From NCBI GenBank assembly GCA_963820645.1, contig CAWGAS010000026.1:2320-66319 (forward strand): a DNA stretch of 64,000 bases, in the 5' to 3' direction. Shown here in pieces: positions 56,899-64,000 of the stretch. Origin of the DNA: an uncultured Acidobacteriota bacterium. GTDB lineage: Bacteria > Acidobacteriota > Vicinamibacteria > Vicinamibacterales > 2-12-FULL-66-21. The notes below the pieces were generated by a model that was not told the DNA's origin, searched no databases, and saw only the letters and a list, made by a program, of their open reading frames with translations. The position numbers were made by a program, and so were the translations under genes. Within the stretch, counting starts at the first letter, position 1, and each line of letters starts with the position of its first letter.

Positions 56899-58571
56899 AT
56901 GAAACGACGCGACTTCGTCAAAACCGTGGCGATGTCGGGGATGGCGGTCGCCGCGAGCGATGTGATCGCCGATCTGATCGCGCAGTCGCCGTCCGGGCGC
57001 GTGCTCGAGTCGAAGTTCAAGGGTCTATCGGACGTCGCGCTGATGGAGGCCCGCCGCGGCGGGTGCACGTACGCCGACATCCGGTTCACGCGGAGCACGA
57101 GCCGCGGCGTGAACGCCAACGGCGGCAACCGTGACGCGGACGATCTCGGCGGGTTCGGCGGCGGCGGCCGCGGCGGTCGTGGCGGCGGCGGACGCGGCGG
57201 CGGCGGGGCGGCTTCGGCGGATTCGGCGGCGGCAACGCCGGCGCCGGCGCCGGCAGCAACGACGCCGCGGGGTTCGGCGTGCGCGTGATCCACAGCGGCG
57301 TCTGGGGCTTCGCGAGCAGTCCGATCGTCACCGAGGACGAGATCCGCCGCATCACCCGCGTGGCGACCGAAGTCGCCAGGGCCAGCGCCATCGCGAAGAA
57401 GGTCGACGTCAGGCTCGCGCCGGTTCCGGCCTACACCGAGTACTGGGTGACGCCGATGCAGAAGGATCCCGCGTCGGTGTCGCAGGAGGACAAGCAGGCG
57501 CTCGTCCAGAAAGTCGTCGACCTGGCCGTGAAGGTCCCGGACGTGCTGTCCGTCAACGCGTCGATCCAGCTCGAAGCGGAATGGAAGTACTTCGCGTCGA
57601 GCGAAGGGTCCTACATCGAGCAGGAGATCTTCACGACGACCCCGGGGTTCAGCGTGACGGCGCGCAAGGACGGCCAGACGCGCTCGCGTCAGTTCACCGG
57701 CGTGCCGGGCACGGGCGGATGGGAAATCGCCGAGGCCGCCGGCCTGGTCGAGAACGCCGAGCGCATCGCCGCCGAAGCGGTCGAGTACTGCACGGCCAGG
57801 CCCATCGACATGGGCATCAAGGATCTCGTGCTCACGCCGTCGCACGCGATGCTCACGATTCACGAGATCGTCGCGCACGCCACCGAGCTCGATCGCATCA
57901 TGGGCTACGAGGCGAACTACGCCGGCACGAGCTTCGTCAAGGTCTCGGACGTCGGGAAGCTGAAATACGGATCGAAGCTGTTCAACGTGACGGCCGACCG
58001 GACCATCCCGACCGGCGTCGCCACGATTGGCTACGACGACGACGGGGTGAAGACGCAGCAGTGGCCGCTCGTGCGGGAGGGCATCCTGGTCGGGCTGCAG
58101 ACCAACCGGGAATCGGCGCACTTCATCGGCGAGAAGGCGAGCCGGGGCTGCACGTCCGCCAACTCGTGGCGCGACTACCCGTTCCTGCGCATGCCCAACG
58201 TGCACGTCGAGCCGGGCCCCGCGGGATCGCCCACGCCCGAGCAGATCATCGCCGACACGAAGGACGGCGTGATGATCGACGGCCGCGGCAGCTACTCAAT
58301 CGATCAGCAGCGCTACAACGGGCAGTTCGGCGGGAACGCGTTCTGGGAAATCAAGAACGGCAAACGCACCCGGATGGTGACCAACGTCACCTACAACGCC
58401 ATCACGACCGACTTCTGGGGGAACCTCGACGCGATCTCCGGCAAGGAATCGTGGCAGATGTTCGGCACCGGCGGAGACGCCAAGGGCCAGCCGACGCAGA
58501 CCAACAGCATCTCGCACGGGTCGCCGTGGCTGCGCATCCGGAAGATCATGGTCGGCGCCGCGTTCGCCTAA
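56899..58571 (+). CDS. tldD: TldD-like metalloprotease with Tat signal peptide (frameshift near 57205)
   Basis: MKRRDFVK; YADIR; GFGVRVIHSGVWGFAS; HEIVAHATELDR; YDDDGV; RMPNV; DAKGQP..SHGSP. Confidence 0.88.
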
Positions 58572-58649
58572 ACAGGAGATGAGGAGATGTTTTTGATCAT
58601 TAATTCAAAAGGATCTCCTGACCTCCTGACCTCCTGTTACAGCGCGTGT

Positions 58650-59606
58650 TCAGCGCGCCGCGATCGGCGCGACGGTCGAGCCCGTGCCTCCCTGGATCTT
58701 GAGCGGTTGCACCATCAGCGCGAACTCGTACGCGCGCTTCGCCGCCAGCTCGTCGAGCTTCAGGTTCTCGAGCAGGTGAATGCCGTTGACGACCAGCATG
58801 ATCTGATGGACCGGGTTGTTCACCTGCGGATCGACGTCAGGGCTCACGCCAACGCCGGTGTTGTCGGATCCGACGAGCATCGGATCCTGGCGCGCGAGCC
58901 ATTCGGCCGCGGCGACGCCGATGCCGGGGTTGCTCTTCGTGTAGCGCCCGTTGTCCTTGCCCCACAAGCGTCCCCAACCGGTGTTGATGATGACGGCGTC
59001 GCCCGGCTGCAGCGTCAGGCCCTGGCGCTGCAGCGCCTGCTGTAAGTCCGCCACCGTGATTTCATACGTGTCCGGAAGGGTCTCGGTCCCTTTCAATGCG
59101 GCGACGTCGATGAGCACCCCGCGGGTCATGAGCAGGCCGACCAGCTCGATGCCGAGTTTGGTGAAACCGGTCCGCGTCGAGGTCTCGTCCACCTTGAAGC
59201 AGTTGTACATGCTGTTGCCGATTGTCTGGTGGCTGAAGCCGTCGAACTGCGTGCCGACCTGGCCGATTTCACCGACGACCATCTCCTCGTTGCTGCCGCG
59301 GGAATTCGTGCCCGGATTCATGACCGTGCGCTTGGTATAGACGTCGAAACGCCGGGTGCCGAAGAAGGGCATGCCCGACGACAGCACGCGCCCGAGCTCG
59401 AAGATCTCGCCCGTGCGGATCAACCGGGCCGCGCGCAGGACCGTTTCGGGCTTCATGTGGTTGCCCGCGCCCCGCTCGTCACCTGCCCCCCACTTCGAGG
59501 GGCAGCGGGCACTATCGGCGGGCGGCTTCCAGGATTGGGCGCGGATGGCGGGCGCCCCGGCGGTGAGCGCCGCGGCGGCCGCGATGACGACGATGACGTT
59601 GCGCAT
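58650..59606 (-). CDS. Secreted cyclase-family (KynB-like fold) hydrolase
   Basis: Signal peptide; WGAGDERGAGN, GTQFDGFSH, RGVLID, GSDN, VHQ, ENL, PLKIQGGTGS. Confidence 0.88.
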   Translation of the reverse strand: MRNVIVVIAAAAALTAGAPAIRAQSWKPPADSARCPSKWGAGDERGAGNHMKPETVLRAARLIRTGEIFELGRVLSSGMPFFGTRRFDVYTKRTVMNPGTNSRGSNEEMVVGEIGQVGTQFDGFSHQTIGNSMYNCFKVDETSTRTGFTKLGIELVGLLMTRGVLIDVAALKGTETLPDTYEITVADLQQALQRQGLTLQPGDAVIINTGWGRLWGKDNGRYTKSNPGIGVAAAEWLARQDPMLVGSDNTGVGVSPDVDPQVNNPVHQIMLVVNGIHLLENLKLDELAAKRAYEFALMVQPLKIQGGTGSTVAPIAAR

Positions 59607-59649
59607 TGGCAGTTAATCTGTTGGGAGACCGGTCCTGCACGTTTCCTCC

Positions 59650-60333
59650 TCATTCCGGGTGAGCCGGCGCCGCGTCCCACCACCGCGAGAGGTTGCGGCC
59701 GGCGGCCCGGGGGTCGTGCGCGTAGTGCGACGTGTCGTTGAAGAGCATGAGGCGCACGCGCACCGGATCGCGGAAATCGAGCACGTTCACGCAGGCCGGC
59801 GCCTGATCGAGACGGTCCCGGTAGCCGCGCGGGTCGAATCCCAGCAGGCTGCTGATCACGAGGCGGAGGGTGGCCTTGTGCGAGACGACGAGCACGCGCT
59901 CACCCCGGTGCTTCGTCACGATCTCGCGGACGACCGGCAGCGCACGCGCGAGCACCGCCACGCCGGACTCTCCCCCCTCCGGCGCGAAGGTGAACGGGTC
60001 TTCCTCCCAGGCCATGTACTCGGCGGGATAGCGGGACTCGACGTCGCGGCGCGTGAGCCCTTCCCACCGCCCGTGGCTGATCTCACGCAGGGCGTCGCGC
60101 GTCTCGATCGACAGCCCGCAGCGGCCGGAAATGATTCGCGCCGTCTCCATCGTCCGCGACAGCGGGCTGGCGTAGAGCGCGGTGATGCCCTCGTTGTGAA
60201 GGCGCTCGCCGAGGAGCGCCGCCTGTCCCCGCCCTTCCTCGGACAGCTCGACGCCGATGGCGCCGGAGAACTTGTCCTCCGCCGTGAGCTCGGTCGCGCC
60301 GTGACGCACGAGATAGAGTCTGGTTGCGTTCAC
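59650..60333 (-). CDS. Histidine phosphatase family protein
   Basis: LVRHGAT, SPLSRT, EISHGRWEG, GGES, VVSH. Confidence 0.92.
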   Translation of the reverse strand: MNATRLYLVRHGATELTAEDKFSGAIGVELSEEGRGQAALLGERLHNEGITALYASPLSRTMETARIISGRCGLSIETRDALREISHGRWEGLTRRDVESRYPAEYMAWEEDPFTFAPEGGESGVAVLARALPVVREIVTKHRGERVLVVSHKATLRLVISSLLGFDPRGYRDRLDQAPACVNVLDFRDPVRVRLMLFNDTSHYAHDPRAAGRNLSRWWDAAPAHPE

Positions 60334-60437
60334 CTGTCAGCTCCTGGGAGTCCTCTACCGCCTCGCCGGGGCGGTGTTTCTGCCAACGAGCCGATAGCGT
60401 CGCACCAATTCGGACCGAATCCAAGTATTCTCGAACG

Positions 60438-60522
60438 CTCGGGACTCGGGACTCGGGACTCGGGATTCGGAAGCGGGAAGCGCGACGCCGAGAGCGGGAA
60501 GCGGAAGCGGGCGAAGCGGGAG
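60438..60522. repeat. Heptamer arrays (TCGGGAC)n and (GGGAAGC)n
   Basis: ctcgggactcgggactcgggactcgggattcggaagcgggaagc..gggaagcggaagcggg. Confidence 0.8.
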
Positions 60523-60529
60523 ATTCCAC

Positions 60530-61564
60530 ATGATTCGCTGGGGCATCATCGGGTGCGGGGACGTCACGGAAGTGAAGAGCGGTCCCGGATTTCACAAGAC
60601 GCCGGGATCCGCGCTCGTGGCGGTCATGCGGCGGGATCGCGCGAAGGCCGAGGATTTCGCCCGCCGGCACAACGTCCCGCGCGTGCACGCGAGCGCCGGC
60701 GATCTGATTGCCGACGCCGATGTCGACGCGGTGTACGTGGCCACGCCTCCCTCCACGCACTGCGAGCTGTCGCTTCGCGTGGCCGCGGCCGGCAAGCCCT
60801 GTCTCGTGGAAAAACCGATGGCGATGGACCACGGCGAGTGCCTCCGGATGGTGGAGGCGTTCCGCACCGCCGCCCGGCCGCTCTGGGTCGCGTATTACCG
60901 CCGCGCGCTTCCCCGGTACGTTGCCGTTCGCGATCTGCTCGCCGGCGGGGCGATCGGTCGCGTGACGTCGGTGCGAGTGGAAGTCATGGATCGGCTGGCC
61001 ACGGCGGAACAGGCGGCCGCCTGGCGGTTCGACCCGGCGATCGCGGGCGGAGGCTTGTTCCTCGACGTGGGCTCGCACGGCATCGACCTGCTCGACTATC
61101 TCGTGGGGGAGATCGTCGAGGCCGCCGGCTTCCCGGTCAACACCGGCGGGACGTACGAGGTCGAGGACGCGATCGCGGCGTCCTTCAGGATCGCCGGGGA
61201 CGTCGTGGGCACGGGCATCTGGAACTTCAATGCCGGCAGCAAGCGAGACGGCATGGTGTTCACCGGCTCCCTGGGTGAACTGCGCACCCCGCTCTTTCAC
61301 GAGGCCGACACGGTGGTCTCGACAGCGGAGGGGGAGGTCGCGTATCCGATCCGGAACCCTCCCCACGTCCATCAACCGCTCATCCAGACGATCGTCGACG
61401 AGCTGCACGGCCGCGGCCGATGCGAATCGACAGGCGAGAGCGGCGCCCGTGCATCGCGCGTGCTCGATCTGTGCCTGGGACGTTCTGCGCGTAGTGCCGA
61501 CCTTCAGGTCGGCTCGGCTGGCCGAAAGGCCGTTGGGGCTGGCCTGAAGGCCGTTGGCGCTTAG
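60530..61564 (+). CDS. Gfo/Idh/MocA family oxidoreductase
   Basis: WGIIGCGDV, VYVATPP..H, EKPMA, AYYRR, GGLFLDVGSHGID. Confidence 0.92.
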   Translation: MIRWGIIGCGDVTEVKSGPGFHKTPGSALVAVMRRDRAKAEDFARRHNVPRVHASAGDLIADADVDAVYVATPPSTHCELSLRVAAAGKPCLVEKPMAMDHGECLRMVEAFRTAARPLWVAYYRRALPRYVAVRDLLAGGAIGRVTSVRVEVMDRLATAEQAAAWRFDPAIAGGGLFLDVGSHGIDLLDYLVGEIVEAAGFPVNTGGTYEVEDAIAASFRIAGDVVGTGIWNFNAGSKRDGMVFTGSLGELRTPLFHEADTVVSTAEGEVAYPIRNPPHVHQPLIQTIVDELHGRGRCESTGESGARASRVLDLCLGRSARSADLQVGSAGRKAVGAGLKAVGA

Positions 61565-61614
61565 GTCGGACTGGTCGGGAACGGCCATCGGGCTGGCCTG
61601 AAGGCCAGCGCTAC
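61491..61614. repeat. GTAG-type REP palindromes overlapping both convergent gene ends
   Basis: gtagtgccgaccttcaggtcggc; ggctggcctgaaggcc x2; inverted gctggcctgaaggccagcgctac. Confidence 0.8.
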
Positions 61615-62390
61615 AGTCCGTCCAGCGCCGCGAGCGCGATGCCGGCGGCGACGACGACGTTCAGGGAATCCACGCCGTCGGCAATTGGAATGCGCAGCCT
61701 GACGTCGGCGGCGTCGAGAGCCTCCGGCGTGAGGCCGGACCCCTCCGAGCCGAGAATCAGAACGAGCGGCCGGTTCCGGCCGGCCGTGGCGGCATATCCT
61801 GCGAGCGGCGTCGCGATCCGATCGGGCGTGAGCGCGGCAATCTGGAATCCGCGGCGGCGAAGCAGGCCGAGGTCCGAGGGCCAGGACTCCAGGCGTGTGA
61901 ACGGCAGGTGGAGCGACGCGCCCATCGACGTCCGGATGGCTTTCCGGTAGAACGGATCGCCGGTCGCGCGGTCGAGGAGCAGGCCCCCCGCATCGAACGC
62001 GGCGGCGACGCGAAAGAGCCCGCCGACGTTGTCCGGGTTGGCCACGGACTCGAGCGCCAGCAGCCGGCGGGCGCCGGCGAACGCCTCGAGCGGCGGCTGG
62101 ACGCCGGGGCGCCTCGCGAGCGCGAGGCAGCCCCGATGGAAATCGATTCCCGTCAGCGACGCGAGCTCGGACTTCTCGACGACGTGGACGGGACACCGTA
62201 CGCGCGCGCGGAGGTCCGAGAGGCCTTCGAGCGCGGCCGGCGTGACGACGAGAGAGAGAGGCTCGTAGCGCCCGGCTTCGATGAGCCGCCGGACGACGAG
62301 CCGGCCTTCGGCGACGAAGAGGCCGTGCGCCCGCAGCCACACGGGATCGCCGACGTGCGCGTACTGCGCGAGAACCTCCGCTGGGATCAC
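61611..62390 (-). CDS. TrmH/SpoU family RNA methyltransferase
   Basis: FVAEG, NPDNVGGLFR, RTSMGA, LGSEGSGL, DSLNV. Confidence 0.92.
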   Translation of the reverse strand: MIPAEVLAQYAHVGDPVWLRAHGLFVAEGRLVVRRLIEAGRYEPLSLVVTPAALEGLSDLRARVRCPVHVVEKSELASLTGIDFHRGCLALARRPGVQPPLEAFAGARRLLALESVANPDNVGGLFRVAAAFDAGGLLLDRATGDPFYRKAIRTSMGASLHLPFTRLESWPSDLGLLRRRGFQIAALTPDRIATPLAGYAATAGRNRPLVLILGSEGSGLTPEALDAADVRLRIPIADGVDSLNVVVAAGIALAALDGL

Positions 62391-62984
62391 TCGCTGGTTC
62401 GAACCACCGACCGGCGGCTTCGGTGCCGATCGATGACGTGCTGGCCGAGACGTTTGCTGAGGAACACCTTCGACTCGCCGCTCTCGTACGGATGCTGCAC
62501 GAAGCGGATCACGTCGAAGTGCAGCTGGGCGAGCGTGCTGCGCATTTCGTAGAAGCGGTTCTTCGTCTTGACGAGGATCTCGTCGAAGCCGTTGGCGAGC
62601 GCCCAGACCTCCTGCTCCTCGGTGAGCGCGCGGAAGTGTCCCTGGCCGCGCCAGTCGCTGCGGGTCCCGCCGATCCACTGATAGAGGACGCGCCGCCCCT
62701 CGAACTGCACGCAGTCCTCGAGCTGCGCGACGAGGTCGGCCAGCTTCGGATCGTTCTCGTTGGCGCGCAGCTCGTGCGCGACCTTGAACGACACCGGGAC
62801 GATCATCCCGGGATCGTCGGGGAGAGGCGCCTCGGCCATCAGGATCTGATGGTCCCGGCTGTCCAGCCGCGTGATCACTTCGGCGGCGGTCTTTTTTCTG
62901 GGGAAATCGAGGAAGAACTCCTCGATGTACTGGATCTCGAGCGCCCCCTGCTGGAGCGAGGTACTGTTTCAGAAGGTATTCCAC
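62387..62984 (-). CDS. GNAT family N-acetyltransferase (5' frameshifts)
   Basis: LYQWIGGTRSDWRGQG (acetyl-CoA motif), VKTKNRF; N-terminus VEYLLKQY..LEIQYIEEFF in adjacent frames. Confidence 0.78.
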
Positions 62985-63125
62985 GGGTCCACTACTATAC
63001 CCGACCGCGGGACAAGTTGAGGTACCGCGACAACAAGGATGGCACACGCACCTCGCGCGCACCCGGCCGTAGCGGCGATCCCGGGCGCGGGACAGCCCGC
63101 GGCTGTTTGCGAGAGAAATCGCACC

Positions 63126-63716
63126 ATGCCGACACTCCCAGCCGACCTTCAGCGGATTCTCGACGACATCGATGCGGCCGACCGCGCCGGGGAGACGATT
63201 GCCAGCCAGGTGACCGACGAACAGTTCAACTGGCGGCCCCGCGAGGGACAAGGCTGGAGCATCGCGCAGTGTCTCGATCACCTGGCCACGATCAACGCGT
63301 TCTACAGCAAGCCCGTCCAGCAGGCCGTGGACGTCGCGCGCGCGCGGGGGTGGACGCGGCAGGGACCGGCGGCGCCGGGGTTTTTCGGCCGCCGCTTCGT
63401 CGCGTCGCAGGAGCCTCCGGTGAAGCGCCGGTTGCGCGCACCGGGACGCGTGCAGCCGGCGCCGGCTTCCAGGAGCCGCGAGGAGATCCTCGGCGCCTAC
63501 CACGACGCGCACACATCCGTCCGGCGGTTGATCGCCAGCGCGGCGGAGGTGGACATCAACCGGGCGACGTTCCCCAACCCGTTCCTTCGGATCATCCGCA
63601 TGCGGGTCTCGACCGCGCTCCTCACCCTGGCAGCCCACGATCGCCGCCATCTCTGGCAGGCGGAGCAGGTGCGGATGGCGCCGGGCTTCCCCGCGCCGGT
63701 GGCGCGAACCTCGTAG
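63126..63716 (+). CDS. DinB family protein
   Basis: WSIAQCLDHL..HDRRHLWQ. Confidence 0.88.
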   Translation: MPTLPADLQRILDDIDAADRAGETIASQVTDEQFNWRPREGQGWSIAQCLDHLATINAFYSKPVQQAVDVARARGWTRQGPAAPGFFGRRFVASQEPPVKRRLRAPGRVQPAPASRSREEILGAYHDAHTSVRRLIASAAEVDINRATFPNPFLRIIRMRVSTALLTLAAHDRRHLWQAEQVRMAPGFPAPVARTS

Positions 63717-63734
63717 GCATGGTGTTGGGCCGCC

Positions 63735-64000
63735 TCAACGCTTGCTGAAGCTTGTGGATGCGAGCGCGTTTTCGGCCGACGGTTCCGCCTCGACCTCCCA
63801 CAGGTAGATCGCATTGCCATCGAGGTCTTCGATCCCGGCGAAGTTGTCCCGTCCGGATCGAATGATGTCGCCCGTAATCCGGACGCCGCGCCCGGCCAGA
63901 CGGGACAGCACGCGGTCGATCGGCTCGTCGATCTGGAGACCGAGCATGATGGCACCGTGTGTTCCCGGCTCGGGATGTTTCGGCGACCGGGGATGCAGTC
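63735..64000 (-). CDS. VOC/glyoxalase family protein, C-terminal part (runs off right edge)
   Basis: LHP..G.HGAIMLGL..L..RGV..FAGIEDLDGNAIYLWE. Confidence 0.7.
   Translation of the reverse strand, partial: LHPRSPKHPEPGTHGAIMLGLQIDEPIDRVLSRLAGRGVRITGDIIRSGRDNFAGIEDLDGNAIYLWEVEAEPSAENALASTSFSKR

Overview
High-GC bacterial chromosome segment, most likely Acidobacteriota (Vicinamibacteria-like), inferred from the PadR + duplicated 'ADOP' permease pair and the ACIII-oxidase layout. Many genes are broken by single-base indels, densest at about 41-44 kb and 48-57 kb. This looks like long-read consensus error rather than decay, so CDS boundaries below were rejoined by eye. The window holds two respiratory clusters. 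The first is a complete Alternative Complex III operon (actA-G) with SCO and a caa3-like A2-type oxidase (26.4-39.4 kb, +), preceded by a Rex/CRP-type palindrome inside a sigma70-like promoter. The second is a stripped cluster (13.0-21.2 kb, -) with only the cofactor-free ActC/ActD/ActF subunits, an amicyanin-like blue-copper protein and an A1-type oxidase with no c-type heme. Next to it is an uncharacterised Mrp ATPase / Zn-ribbon-PCP_red / radical SAM-PCP_red operon. The 3' end of its last gene is duplicated as a 62-bp direct repeat around a 3.9-kb insert, with integron debris in and beside the insert. The rest comprises ABC systems, clpS-clpA-grpE, a TldE/TldD pair whose TldD has a Tat signal, and housekeeping enzymes. 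Many intergenic regions carry short-period repeat hairpins or REP-like palindromes, and several have entered coding frames. No rRNA, tRNA, CRISPR array or intact transposase/integrase was recognised.
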